Below are positions 48,574-59,037 of a stretch of 64,000 nt of DNA, in pieces. Under the pieces are notes generated by a model. That model saw only the letters and a program-made list of their open reading frames with translations. It was not told the DNA's origin and made no database searches. A program made the position numbers and the translations under genes. This DNA is from Promethearchaeota archaeon (GTDB lineage Archaea > Asgardarchaeota > Thorarchaeia > Thorarchaeales > Thorarchaeaceae): assembly GCA_014728035.1 (NCBI GenBank), contig WJMJ01000059.1, forward strand, positions 288,001-352,000, written 5' to 3'. Each line of letters begins with the position of its first letter. Positions within the stretch are counted from its first letter, which is position 1.

Positions 48574-49910
48574 CTTAGGAATTTCTCTACAATTCTTCTG
48601 TATCCTTTCACAGTTAGCTCCAACGAACCTATGGATATACGCTCATTTGGACCATGAATCATCGCCATGACTTCTCCCATTGACAATTTATCATCAAACA
48701 GAGAGAATCCGTACGCCTGTGAATTCCATTTTTGTCTGAAGAATCTACAATCCGTGACACCGGGTGACAATAGTGGAACAAGGCAGGATTCCTCTCCTAC
48801 TAACTCTTTCAGGACCTCTCTCATTGTATCAACTAATGGAGTATCGATATCACTAGCATTCCCGTAGGATGGTTCAGAACCTGCTTGTTCTGGAACTGGA
48901 CCAATCTCAATATCTTGTGCAAGATCACCCAACGCCTCCCTCACTGTTTTTAGAATGTACTCTCTATCTTGACCCGGTAGGCTTCTCACGTCAATATCGA
49001 TATATGCTTCACCTGGAACCACATTGACTTTTGTTCCTCCAGATGTGAGATTAGGAGAGATAGTCATGCGTGTTAATGCGTGAATCAATTTAGCTTGTTC
49101 GAGGTCGGTATTTGAGAGAACATCAATCGCTTTGTTAACAGTTAACCTGTTTGATATCAGTTTCTTTTGTGCGATACCGATTGGTAGATTCTCAACAAGA
49201 TGTCTTACATAAGTTGTATCAACAGGTGCTTTGTATTCAGTTAGTCTGAGGATTGCATTCGCAATCTTTTCAACTGCATTATCTGCCTTGTATGGCATTG
49301 AACCATGCTGTTCTGTACCAGTAGCGGTTAATCTGAGCCAAGTCCCACCTTTTTCTCCATATTGATAGAGAAAGTGATTTTCCCCCATTCTAAAGCCACC
49401 CATCTCTGATATTAGATAATCGACTTTTACTTTTTCAGGATAATTCTCAACCATCCATTTTGCACCGTACTGTCCTGCAGCTTCTTCATCTGCAACTATG
49501 AGCAGTTTCAGGTCACCTTTTGGTTGAAATTTTTCTTTGTGAAGATGTGTGAATGCAACAACTTGACCGACCACCATAAAGAGCATGTCTACCGTTCCTC
49601 TTCCCCAGATGAAACCATCTTTTTTTTCTCCAGAGAATGGTGGTATCTTCCATTTTGATTCGTCTTCTACAGGAACAACATCAACATGTCCTGGTCCCAA
49701 CATAAGGCTCGGACCCTCTCCTGTTCCTTGTATCTCGGCAAATAGATTCCCTCGTTCTGACGCAGTTACAAACACATCATGCTCGATATCATGTAATTCG
49801 AGATAGCTTGCTATTGATCTGATAGATTTCATTTCATTTCCTGGAGGATTGACACAGGTATTTCTAACGAGTTCTTGCAGTAGTTGGACAGCTTCGTCAA
49901 TCATACTCAT
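48570..49910 (-). CDS. M20 family metallopeptidase/deacylase
   Basis: GHVDVVP, WGRG..DM, ADEE, HGSMP, TD.R and IHGPNE. Confidence 0.92.
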   Translation of the reverse strand: MSMIDEAVQLLQELVRNTCVNPPGNEMKSIRSIASYLELHDIEHDVFVTASERGNLFAEIQGTGEGPSLMLGPGHVDVVPVEDESKWKIPPFSGEKKDGFIWGRGTVDMLFMVVGQVVAFTHLHKEKFQPKGDLKLLIVADEEAAGQYGAKWMVENYPEKVKVDYLISEMGGFRMGENHFLYQYGEKGGTWLRLTATGTEQHGSMPYKADNAVEKIANAILRLTEYKAPVDTTYVRHLVENLPIGIAQKKLISNRLTVNKAIDVLSNTDLEQAKLIHALTRMTISPNLTSGGTKVNVVPGEAYIDIDVRSLPGQDREYILKTVREALGDLAQDIEIGPVPEQAGSEPSYGNASDIDTPLVDTMREVLKELVGEESCLVPLLSPGVTDCRFFRQKWNSQAYGFSLFDDKLSMGEVMAMIHGPNERISIGSLELTVKGYRRIVEKFLS

Positions 49911-50193
49911 TTCAGTTCATCAATGGAATAACCAATCTGGTATTTAATTTCTACAGAATCCTTTTTTCATCTCAAGAAAATCAGAACACGTGTTCTAAAT
50001 ATTTTCACTTCTGAAGTATAATGAGTATCGGTAAGTGTGACCAACAAGATGTCTAACAAAACTGTTTCTGCATTCAAAGATTGCTTTATTTCACACAAGG
50101 TACTCACAAATGCTGACTTCAAATTTCTTATTGCAAAATCATCTTAACTTATATTCTATCAATTTCACATTGGTATGATTTGGAGATACACAC

Positions 50194-51858
50194 ATGGCAA
50201 CCATTGACGAACTCAGGACTATTCTCAAAATAGGTGAAAATGACACTACTGAGTTCAAGCAGAAACTGACAAAAACCGATCTGAAAAAGAAACGAAAAGA
50301 GAAGCTAATTTCCCGTATTCGATTCATGACACATGATCGCCCCTTCGAAGGAACCTTTCTTATTGGTGTAGAAGACATCAATGGAGAGTCATGGAATATT
50401 TTTGGTCTCTCCGAGTCAGCCCTCAAGCTTTCAGAAAAAGTCTTGACAACCATATGTGATGCTGCTGACGTAGAAATCATTGAAGAAACCCGAGTTGAAA
50501 CACCCAAAGGGCTGGTAGGAATCTATCTTCTAAAAAGAATTGCAGATGCTGATATTCGTGATACTTGCTCGATTAACATTGCAGGACGGGTCAACTCTGG
50601 AAAATCAACTCTCATTGGGGCTTTAGTTACTGGAATTCCCGATGATGGCCAAGGAAAAGCTCGATCGTTTCTATTAACTCATCCACAAGAAATCACACGT
50701 GGTCAGACTGCTGATATCCATATGGCCTTCATGGGATTTGATAGAGACAAAGAACCAATTCATCTTAGTAATCCATTGAGCAAATCCGAATGGGCCCGTG
50801 TGTTGGACCGTTCATCAAAAATCTTGATGTTTTTTGACGCTCCCGGTCACAAAGAGTACTCGAAGACAATGATTCGAAGCATTCTTGGCGGAGATGCTGA
50901 TTACGGTCTCGTTCTTGTGCCCGTTTCTGAGGAAGCAAGTCTTATTCATGCTTCTGAAATGAAGACAGGCAACAGGCGTTTGGATGATATCACTCGTGAA
51001 CACCTTATCCTCCTTTCTGGTAGAGATGTGCCTTTCATGATTGCTCTATCGAAAGTTGACAAGGCGAAATCTGATGACCTGGATTTTGTTAATACAGTTA
51101 CTCGTCAGACTCTAAAAGAGATAGGTAGAATTCCCGTAAGCGTGAAATCTCACGAAGACATAGATCCTATTGTGAAAGAGATTCGTCATGGTGTTGTAGT
51201 TCCTGTAATAGAGGCCTCTGCAACTGACCCCGAATCTCTCAAACTCTTGACTAAACTTCTTCAAGCTCTTCCTACTGACCTCAAAAACTCTGATGTCACA
51301 GGACCAGCTATCTCCTATGTAGATAAGGTGTATCGTGGCATCCCTGGCACAAATGTCGTGGTAACTGGAAATGTACGATCTGGTGTCTTCAAAAAAGGTC
51401 AACCTGTTCTCATTGGTCCCGACGAGAAAGGTAGTTACCAGGAGGGTCGTATAGCATCTATTGAAGTCTTCAAGAAAAGAGTGGGAACGGTTAAAGCGGG
51501 TGATATGTTTGGTTTTGACATTAAAGATGTTGACAAATTCAAGATTCGTCGTGGGCAGGTAGTAATAGATCCCGACCATTCATCACTCTCCAATCGTGTC
51601 TTTGAGGCAGATATTGTAGTAACTAGACATCCAACTCGTATTTCCGTTGGCTATTCTCCAGTATTGCAGTGCCAGACAATTCAACAAAGTGTGATAATGA
51701 AAAAGATTCATGATGCTGAATTTCTATCCGTTGGAGATTTTGCTACTGTTCAATTGGAGTTCATGCTATATCCGGAAGCTATCTCTGTAGGAGATAAGAT
51801 TGTACTTCGCGAAGGTAACACTCGTGCCATCGGTACTGTATCCAAACTGATTCATTGA
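50194..51858 (+). CDS. GTPBP1/2-family translational GTPase with N-terminal AlbA/Schlafen-like domain
   Basis: GE...TEFK and FLIGVED N-domain; GRVNSGKST, EITRGQT, DAPGH, SKVD; EF-Tu-like domains II/III ending LREG.T.AIG. Confidence 0.85.
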   Translation: MATIDELRTILKIGENDTTEFKQKLTKTDLKKKRKEKLISRIRFMTHDRPFEGTFLIGVEDINGESWNIFGLSESALKLSEKVLTTICDAADVEIIEETRVETPKGLVGIYLLKRIADADIRDTCSINIAGRVNSGKSTLIGALVTGIPDDGQGKARSFLLTHPQEITRGQTADIHMAFMGFDRDKEPIHLSNPLSKSEWARVLDRSSKILMFFDAPGHKEYSKTMIRSILGGDADYGLVLVPVSEEASLIHASEMKTGNRRLDDITREHLILLSGRDVPFMIALSKVDKAKSDDLDFVNTVTRQTLKEIGRIPVSVKSHEDIDPIVKEIRHGVVVPVIEASATDPESLKLLTKLLQALPTDLKNSDVTGPAISYVDKVYRGIPGTNVVVTGNVRSGVFKKGQPVLIGPDEKGSYQEGRIASIEVFKKRVGTVKAGDMFGFDIKDVDKFKIRRGQVVIDPDHSSLSNRVFEADIVVTRHPTRISVGYSPVLQCQTIQQSVIMKKIHDAEFLSVGDFATVQLEFMLYPEAISVGDKIVLREGNTRAIGTVSKLIH

Positions 51859-51920
51859 TGTGTGATTATTTTGGAAATACAATGATAGGGAATATATGTT
51901 CCTTTCATCAAGCTATACCT

Positions 51921-52712
51921 ATGTTTACCTTACAGCTTGAAGAACATCATATCTCTTATCGGAAAAGTGGGACTGGTGATCCATTACTTCTGGTACATGG
52001 ACTCGGAGGTGACAACACATCCTGGGAATTTACCGAGCCATATCTTTCAAAAAACTTTGAACTGATACTACCAGACCTTCGATGTCATGGCGCATCGGGT
52101 TGTACAGAGGGCACCCCACCCCCCTCCGACTTTGCAGAAGATATGATTCGATTGGTTGAGTATCTAGAGATTGCCCCTATTCCTGTTGTTGGTACATCAC
52201 TTGGTGGAATGGTCGTGCAACAAATGATTCTAGAAAGGCCTGATCTTTTTTCTCATGCAGTTCTAATTGATACCACCCCACGTGTCGATGAGAGACTAGT
52301 TGATATGGTCTATGCTTGGCGTGAGGCTCAGATTGATGAAGGGGATAAAGCATACTGGTGGACAGCCACAAAAGACACACTAACTCCAAGATTTATTGAA
52401 GAAAATCCTGACACCTTGGACTATCTTCTGAATAAATTTCTATCCAGTGAGAACGAGGCTAATATACTTTCAGCAATTGGATTTGCAACTTTTGATGCGG
52501 TTAATCTGTTACAATCCGTTACTATTCCAGTTCTTGTCATTCATGGCGAAATTGACCAACTTATCATTCTTGAAGATGGTAAATTACTCCACAAATCGAT
52601 ACCTGGGTCTCGACTTGAAATCATTGCTGGATGTGGTCACAGTCCAGATATTGAGGTGCCTGAGAAACTTAGTTCGCTGATTACTAGTTTCGTAAAGAAT
52701 GAAGGTGCGTAG
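51921..52712 (+). CDS. Alpha/beta hydrolase (PcaD-like)
   Basis: LVHGLG, DLRCHG, GTSLGG, HG..D and GH. Confidence 0.9.
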   Translation: MFTLQLEEHHISYRKSGTGDPLLLVHGLGGDNTSWEFTEPYLSKNFELILPDLRCHGASGCTEGTPPPSDFAEDMIRLVEYLEIAPIPVVGTSLGGMVVQQMILERPDLFSHAVLIDTTPRVDERLVDMVYAWREAQIDEGDKAYWWTATKDTLTPRFIEENPDTLDYLLNKFLSSENEANILSAIGFATFDAVNLLQSVTIPVLVIHGEIDQLIILEDGKLLHKSIPGSRLEIIAGCGHSPDIEVPEKLSSLITSFVKNEGA

Positions 52713-52730
52713 CAGTAAAAGCTGCTACGC
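52707..52730. terminator. Hairpin between convergent genes
   Basis: GCGTAGCAG-N6-CTGCTACGC. Confidence 0.6.
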
Positions 52731-52737
52731 AAAAGAA

Positions 52738-54168
52738 TTACTCCTCCTCTTCTGGTTCGTCTGTGTATGCATATCCAAGACTTGCTAAGAGCTCCCTCTC
52801 TTTCTTGACATGGATTTCAGCCAGCCTTGCTTTTTTCTCTCTCCATTCAGGTCCTTCGAGTTTGTAGAACTTCCAGATAACTAAGAATGATATAGTCAAC
52901 AGAACAACTGGAATCACCATCCATGCTATCAATACACCAATCTCTACAGTGGCTGGTTGAGTTTCTGCACCCGAAACATATCCAAATGAAGCAAGAATGA
53001 GTGGCACTACCCCCTCTGCTATACTAATACCTGGCTTGGTAACGAACGAGTTGACACCTGCATACATACCTTCACGTCTTAGTCCTGTCACGCTCTCGTC
53101 ATAGTCGATCACATCTCCGTTCATGAGTGGGATCATGATGAACGAACCTGCGAATCCCACTCCCACAAATATCATGCCAATCATTGTCAGGATTACATTC
53201 AATCCGAAAAGGAGTATAATCATGCATCCGATTGCAAATGGGCCGATGAGGAGCAACATGCTCTTTTTAGTACCTACTGTTTCATTCTTAGTAATGAAGA
53301 ACCAGAAGCCAATCACTACTCCCGCAATTAATCCGATTATTTGCAGGAAGAACTCATCCATTGAATCTAGTACAAGCTGGACATAGTAAATTAGACCCAT
53401 TGGAAGAGCAGTCACAAGATAGATGCTTGTGAAGCTTATGAATTCAAAAGCAATGAATGAGCGATTTTTGAATGTTAGTTTGAGTGCTTCAACAAAAGGT
53501 GTTTGTTCTTCATGTTGTGTATACTTGTTTTCAGTGTAGAAATAAGTGCTTACGAATACAATGAATCCAACAAACAATGCTAGAAGTAAGTGAAATGTGA
53601 AGTATGGCATTACTGGATCTGTAGGCCCTGGTTGAATGATTGGCAGAATAATAATCGGCACTGCTATTGCAATCACACTGAAAAGAGTCTTCCAAACAAA
53701 GACTCGCGTTCTTTCTCTGTTCGATACAGCCATCTCATATGGCATGATATACAACGCAGTAGCTACCGCAGTGTACATAGTATCGTAGATAAACAATGCA
53801 AGGATAAGTTGAATAAAAAGCCCTAATTGATTTCCTTCAAGACCTGGAATTGGAGCCCAACAGAGAATATATCCAACAACAAGAATTGGAACGCCATATC
53901 GAATGTATGGGATTCTACGTCCTAGTTCATGTTTTGTCTTATCTGCAATATAGCCTATGAGTGGGTCATTCACGCTATTCCAAACAAGAAAAATCATCCA
54001 TGCAAGGAAGTTCAGTTCTACTGATAGCCCTCGAACATCTGTGAAATAGATTGCAAGTCCAGCACCTATCAAACCTTGAAGGAGTGCAACACTTGCATCA
54101 GCCATTGAGACCGATACTGCGCTCTTAGTGGGGATTTTCTCCTCGACCAGTGTTTCTGTGGCTGCCAT
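52738..54168 (-). CDS. MFS transporter, GPH (MelB-like) family
   Basis: WNSVNDPLIG..AD, GRRIPY and DVIDYDE..TG.RREG. Confidence 0.9.
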   Translation of the reverse strand: MAATETLVEEKIPTKSAVSVSMADASVALLQGLIGAGLAIYFTDVRGLSVELNFLAWMIFLVWNSVNDPLIGYIADKTKHELGRRIPYIRYGVPILVVGYILCWAPIPGLEGNQLGLFIQLILALFIYDTMYTAVATALYIMPYEMAVSNRERTRVFVWKTLFSVIAIAVPIIILPIIQPGPTDPVMPYFTFHLLLALFVGFIVFVSTYFYTENKYTQHEEQTPFVEALKLTFKNRSFIAFEFISFTSIYLVTALPMGLIYYVQLVLDSMDEFFLQIIGLIAGVVIGFWFFITKNETVGTKKSMLLLIGPFAIGCMIILLFGLNVILTMIGMIFVGVGFAGSFIMIPLMNGDVIDYDESVTGLRREGMYAGVNSFVTKPGISIAEGVVPLILASFGYVSGAETQPATVEIGVLIAWMVIPVVLLTISFLVIWKFYKLEGPEWREKKARLAEIHVKKERELLASLGYAYTDEPEEEE

Positions 54169-54305
54169 GTTAATCGACACCTGAGTTTGACTAGTGGTAC
54201 TTGTGTCTTTCCTTTCTAATTTGAAAGTTATCTTCTATCTTTTATTGGAATCATCTAATCTAGCTCGGTTTCGTTTTCTCAGGTTCTGAATCCATTCAAA
54301 TGAAG

Positions 54306-55562
54306 CTAGTCAGATTCCAGCAATTCATCCAGTGGAGGAGTTGTGATTCTCTTTTCAAGATAGTCCATCCATTTATTTCCTGTAACTTCTTCCAAGGCGT
54401 TTACAAAGTCTTCTGTTGTGGTTCTTGTCTTCTCCAAGCAGGTCTGTGCATATCTCTTTAATACCTGAATGAAGCCATTGCGTCCAATCTTCTCCCGTAT
54501 CTCGTGTAGTATTAGTGCTCCATAGAGATAGTAGAGAACTTGTGCATGGGGGTGAGTCCTCAATATCGATTTGATGGATGGCAAATCTTTCTGTTCTCTT
54601 AGATGCTTTCTTGCTCTATGTAGTGTTGATGAAAACCAGTCTTTTCCCAATATTTCCTCTGAAGCTAGGTACGATGTATATTCCGCACAAGCTTCATCAA
54701 TCCAGTTATGATAGTCTTCCACAGTAGCTTTGCAGAACCATGAGTGCGCTAATTCGTGAGCCCAAAATCTCAACAGGTTTTCTTTCTTATCCCGAATGTA
54801 TTCTTCTGACACATCATCCTGCATTACAATCAATCCACTTCTTGCATATCCTCCTCCAAAGTCTCTAGGAACCAGAATAATCTTCAGACTCTCAGCACTG
54901 GGTTTACCAAACCAGGATCTCATAAGTTTCTGAATTTCATAGAACTTTTCTTCAAGTGGTTTGAGTAGGTCTAGATTGCGTGGCTCTCCCCAAAATAATG
55001 TGCTATCCTCCTCTCTGATTGCATTCGATTTTGGTCTTCCGTGCAGGGTGAGATCCGTGCGAGGCCCTTCTGTTTTCCAGCGTGGTGGGGAATCAGAAAC
55101 TTTTGGTGCATTCATGATCCATATCCAATCTTCTGGGGCATGGAGAGTAATTGAGAATGAAGGCCTATCTGCGAAAGAAACCATGGGATACCAGAGAGCA
55201 TAGATTGCTAATTCGATACATTCCGAACGGATTCTACTTGTTGAAAAAGCGTAACGGTAAATTTTCCCCTCATAATCAAGCTCAAATTCACATTCTTGTT
55301 TATTTTCAAACTTGTCTGGAAGTTTTATTTCATAGGTGGTAGCTGGTAGGAAAATGTCTTCCTGCGTTCTTGTTTCAGTTGTTTTTATAATTACTCTCTC
55401 ATCATCTGCCAGCAAGTATAGATTGTTAATCTCCAGACATGGATTTAGAAGAAATTTTACATCCCCTGAAATATTGGCAAATCGAACTTTGCCACTGACA
55501 TGAATATGTGAAGTATCGGGTTGAATGGTTACATCAATATCTATCTTGTCAACTTCCATCAA
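54306..55562 (-). CDS. M1-family zinc aminopeptidase
   Basis: HELAHSWF-x-WIDE.CAEY gluzincin motif; Y..GA..L. Confidence 0.85.
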   Translation of the reverse strand: MMEVDKIDIDVTIQPDTSHIHVSGKVRFANISGDVKFLLNPCLEINNLYLLADDERVIIKTTETRTQEDIFLPATTYEIKLPDKFENKQECEFELDYEGKIYRYAFSTSRIRSECIELAIYALWYPMVSFADRPSFSITLHAPEDWIWIMNAPKVSDSPPRWKTEGPRTDLTLHGRPKSNAIREEDSTLFWGEPRNLDLLKPLEEKFYEIQKLMRSWFGKPSAESLKIILVPRDFGGGYARSGLIVMQDDVSEEYIRDKKENLLRFWAHELAHSWFCKATVEDYHNWIDEACAEYTSYLASEEILGKDWFSSTLHRARKHLREQKDLPSIKSILRTHPHAQVLYYLYGALILHEIREKIGRNGFIQVLKRYAQTCLEKTRTTTEDFVNALEEVTGNKWMDYLEKRITTPPLDELLESD

Positions 55563-55717
55563 TTTTCACCTTCTATCGTGTTTGTTAGATGAATTAAATA
55601 AAGTTGTTTTATCTGTGAAATTTTCTCAAATGATTTTTATAATCTTAGAACAAACTTGTTTAAGGACTTCAACTGAAAATCAGCTTTAATGCTACGATTA
55701 TATCTGATGTGATTTGA

Positions 55718-56089
55718 ATGAACAAAGAAAATCTCGAGGTTGCACTTCGCTTTAACAAATATATCAATGAAAGAAATCTTTTAGAATTGGGTAATTTGAT
55801 GACAGAAGACCACTCGTTCATTTCATCAAGCAACACTGTTGAGTCCGGAAAAGAACATATGATAGAAGCTTGGCGAGAATTTTTCGAATCCTATCCAGAT
55901 TACAGGAATATCTTTGAGTACACTGAAGTACACGAAGAATTGGTAATACTGGTAGGTTATTCGACCTGTTCTGAAGAATCTCTTGACGGGCCTGCTATAT
56001 GGACTGCAAAAATAAATGATGGGCTGGTTTCAGAGTGGAGAGTCTACGATGATACCATCGAAGTACGAACTAAACTTGGTATCAAATAG
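55718..56089 (+). CDS. SnoaL/NTF2-like protein
   Basis: F...IN..., W..FF..YPDY and EWRVY.D. Confidence 0.8.
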   Translation: MNKENLEVALRFNKYINERNLLELGNLMTEDHSFISSSNTVESGKEHMIEAWREFFESYPDYRNIFEYTEVHEELVILVGYSTCSEESLDGPAIWTAKINDGLVSEWRVYDDTIEVRTKLGIK

Positions 56090-56244
56090 ACTCGCTTCAC
56101 AAACTAAATTTGATTTATTCTTCAATTATTTCTCTGGTCTTTGTTATTAGATTAGGATTCAGTCCCATTAGTGTGGCAAGAATTTTTCTGGTTAACGGAT
56201 CCGCCAGCAGTTCTAATATTCTATCTGTCTGGTTTCCCTTTCCC

Positions 56245-57042
56245 TCATTTTTCATACATATCAACCTCCAGCACTTCTGCATGTGTATATGCTCTCCTGA
56301 AGTAGAATACTGCTACAGCGAGAAATACAACTCCTATAACTGACATTACCAATGCTTCTATTGAAGGAATTACAAGTGGCCCCGAGTATGATAGAGCAAT
56401 AATGAGAATGGCTAGAACAAAACCTGTTACTGAGGCGATTGTTACCGCAAGGAAGTTATTCCTATTTGGCGAGCGTATCAAAAACCAGTCTGGTTGAAGA
56501 AAGATTATTGCTGAAATACCAACTTTTAGTCTTCTAATCATTCTTCCCACCTTAATCATGGATCTTCCCAAAACTAGAATGCTAATTGTGGCGACGATTG
56601 CTCCGATTTGCCATCCAAAAACATTCTCACTGATTGAAATTCCAATGATGATGAGACTGAAAATCACTCCCATAAATCCAAAAACGAGACCCATTTGATT
56701 CATATAAAGGCTGACTTCTTGTTTTGGACTCATGGATAATACTGCGGATAAGACACCGTATTTGTCAATCTTTCTTTCTTCTTCTACCTGGTCTAGCAAA
56801 ATCATTGCTTTTTTCCCAAGTTCAGATATTCTGTATTCTTCTCCTGTCTTCTTAATCAATCCTACTTCAGTCAGCTCTTTAAGATGATAATTGAACTTCC
56901 CACTCATTAGATATGGATCAAGCCCCAATACCTTCATTATCTCTGAATATGTTGCTGAGCCCTTTCGTGCAATCTGTCGCATGATTGATCTGCGTGTCGA
57001 ATTAGACAGTGCTTTCAACACATCTTCGGAATCCGCATTCAT
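56245..57042 (-). CDS. ArsR-type wHTH regulator with C-terminal TM helices
   Basis: KALSNSTRRSI, SGKFNYHLKEL and Y.IS.LG; about 4 TMs. Confidence 0.85.
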   Translation of the reverse strand: MNADSEDVLKALSNSTRRSIMRQIARKGSATYSEIMKVLGLDPYLMSGKFNYHLKELTEVGLIKKTGEEYRISELGKKAMILLDQVEEERKIDKYGVLSAVLSMSPKQEVSLYMNQMGLVFGFMGVIFSLIIIGISISENVFGWQIGAIVATISILVLGRSMIKVGRMIRRLKVGISAIIFLQPDWFLIRSPNRNNFLAVTIASVTGFVLAILIIALSYSGPLVIPSIEALVMSVIGVVFLAVAVFYFRRAYTHAEVLEVDMYEK

Positions 57043-57084
57043 ACTTTTTCACAATATATCCTTCTCAACTGTGTATTTAACCCG

Positions 57085-57139
57085 TTGTCACTAATTTTAT
57101 TGACAATATCGTTTTTCGATTGTCAAAACTGTTTGACAA
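57085..57139. promoter_or_regulatory. Tandem TTGTCA-N8/10-TGACAA inverted repeats (putative operator)
   Basis: TTGTCA(57085)-N10-TGACAA and TTGTCA(57120)-N8-TGACAA, in the divergent promoter region. Confidence 0.55.
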
Positions 57140-57352
57140 ATCTGATTTTCTTCTACCAATACAATTCTCGTGTTTTTGTAATGTCATAGAATTTGAAATC
57201 CCACATCTCATTTCTATGTGATATATTGCGCAGATAGAAGCAACCATTCCTTTATTTACATCCTACTATCTTGTCCATAGTAACAAATTGAGTCCATTAG
57301 TTGTGGCTATCGATTATATATTCATTGGACACAAAAGATATGGTGACTATCA

Positions 57353-58804
57353 ATGAGCCTGACAGCTAGATTCTTTGGATTTGAAAATCCAACCGAGCAG
57401 GGTCTAAAACTTGCAAAGACAATGGCATCTCTTGTCCCTGTGTTCTCTATGACTTTCCAAATCAGTACAACATTCTATATGTTATTTATTGCTGAAGCAT
57501 TAGGTGATGGTGATGCAGTTAAAGGAATGGCAATTGTAGGTGGTCTTGTTGCACTCCAATTCATTGTCCAAGTAATTCTTGACTATCCCACTGGCGCAGT
57601 CGGTGATTGGGTCGGACAAAGATATGTCATTATGTCAGCTCTGTTATGTTATGCCGTGGTGTTTTTCCTCACCTCACAACTCACTCCAGACCCTCCGCTA
57701 ATACTTCCCATTCTTATCTATGCTCTCTTCGGACTCGGAATCTCTCAGGAAAGTGGAGCTTGGGGAGCTTGGTTCGATAACAACTATCGTGTTGCTATGC
57801 CTCATGATACCAAACGTGAAGAATACGGTGTATTCTCCGGAAAGCTTGGCATGATTTCGCAGATATCGGCAACAGCAGTTCTCGTTCCTGGAAGTTGGAT
57901 TGCTCTCTATCTTGGTCGAGCTTGGGTATTTCAATTGCAAGCTTTACTGTTCATTGTTTTAGCTATACTTGTTCATAGATATGTACGTGACCTTCCTGAA
58001 GTAGAGGAACAACGCTCCGAACGTCCAGAAATGGGTGATTATGTCGGACTACTAAAGGATGGTGTCCGGTTTATCTGGTCAAGTAAGTTTTTCCTGTTAC
58101 TATTCATTGGTGAGATGATCTTTTTCAGTGTTGGGCCTGTCTGGGGTAATCTAATACTCTGGCCATTCTACAATGTGTACCTTCAGAGTGATGTTGCAAT
58201 CTCAACATTTCGTACTCTTATGTTTCTCCCACTCGCTATGACAAATGAACGAAGTGGAATTATTGCAAAGAAATATGAACCAAATACATGGATTCCTCGT
58301 TTTCGCTTATTTGCTTTCAATGGTGCAGCATTCTATTTCTTGCTGTCGATGATGTTCTTTATTGTTCCGCCACCTCCAATGGGCACTACAGCAACCGTTC
58401 AGTTGGTTATACCTTTCATCAATCTCCCTCTATTCGTGCTTCCTATAGCATCAGTAATACCTATCCTAATGATATTCATAATTTTCTTAATCACCTCCTT
58501 GTTTGGATCTGTTGGTGGTATTCTTACAAATCGAGTACTGCTTGATGTAGTACCAAATAAAATAAGAAATGGCATGTACTCACTTCGTGCAACATCATTT
58601 ACTGCAGCATCTATACCACTGCTAGTCTTCTTTGGATGGCTGGTACCATCTTTTGGTTTCTCACTAGCTTTCCTTCTAATGGGCATCATCTCAACAGTTG
58701 GAGTTGTCTTGATTGCTATGAGTTTTAAACAGGATATTCCAAAAGCAGGAGATATTGAGATTGAAGCAGTAGAATCAGAAGAAGTACTTGAAGAGATAAC
58801 TTAG
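57353..58804 (+). CDS. MFS transporter
   Basis: DYPTGAVGDWVGQR motif A; SGA..AW; about 12 TM. Confidence 0.85.
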   Translation: MSLTARFFGFENPTEQGLKLAKTMASLVPVFSMTFQISTTFYMLFIAEALGDGDAVKGMAIVGGLVALQFIVQVILDYPTGAVGDWVGQRYVIMSALLCYAVVFFLTSQLTPDPPLILPILIYALFGLGISQESGAWGAWFDNNYRVAMPHDTKREEYGVFSGKLGMISQISATAVLVPGSWIALYLGRAWVFQLQALLFIVLAILVHRYVRDLPEVEEQRSERPEMGDYVGLLKDGVRFIWSSKFFLLLFIGEMIFFSVGPVWGNLILWPFYNVYLQSDVAISTFRTLMFLPLAMTNERSGIIAKKYEPNTWIPRFRLFAFNGAAFYFLLSMMFFIVPPPPMGTTATVQLVIPFINLPLFVLPIASVIPILMIFIIFLITSLFGSVGGILTNRVLLDVVPNKIRNGMYSLRATSFTAASIPLLVFFGWLVPSFGFSLAFLLMGIISTVGVVLIAMSFKQDIPKAGDIEIEAVESEEVLEEIT

Positions 58805-59037
58805 GAAAAATGCGATGTATTCGAGGGGGATATTCTCCCTCTTGTTCCTGCTAATACAACCGTGATTTCTGGAAGATACTCCTCTGCCTCCTACGTGGTC
58901 TTTGCCCCCAAACACTCGAAACTGTTAATCGTTAGTTAGGTAATCGTCGAAACCGATTTTCAATTACTCTGATGATTTAAATAGTACAACTATCTGGTAT
59001 GTACTTCTAGTAGTTCCTCCAGAATTGGTGAGCAATA

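Noticed and set aside
49983-49996. Palindrome AGAACACGTGTTCT matching a Gram-positive LexA box (GAAC-N4-GTTC)
   Set aside because: Archaea lack a canonical LexA regulon and this is a single instance; at most it is a site for an unknown regulator.
50049-50147. 32-aa ORF MSNKTVSAFKDCF... upstream of the GTPBP gene
   Set aside because: It has no strong SD, no biased codon usage and no coupling to the downstream gene, so it is likely chance.
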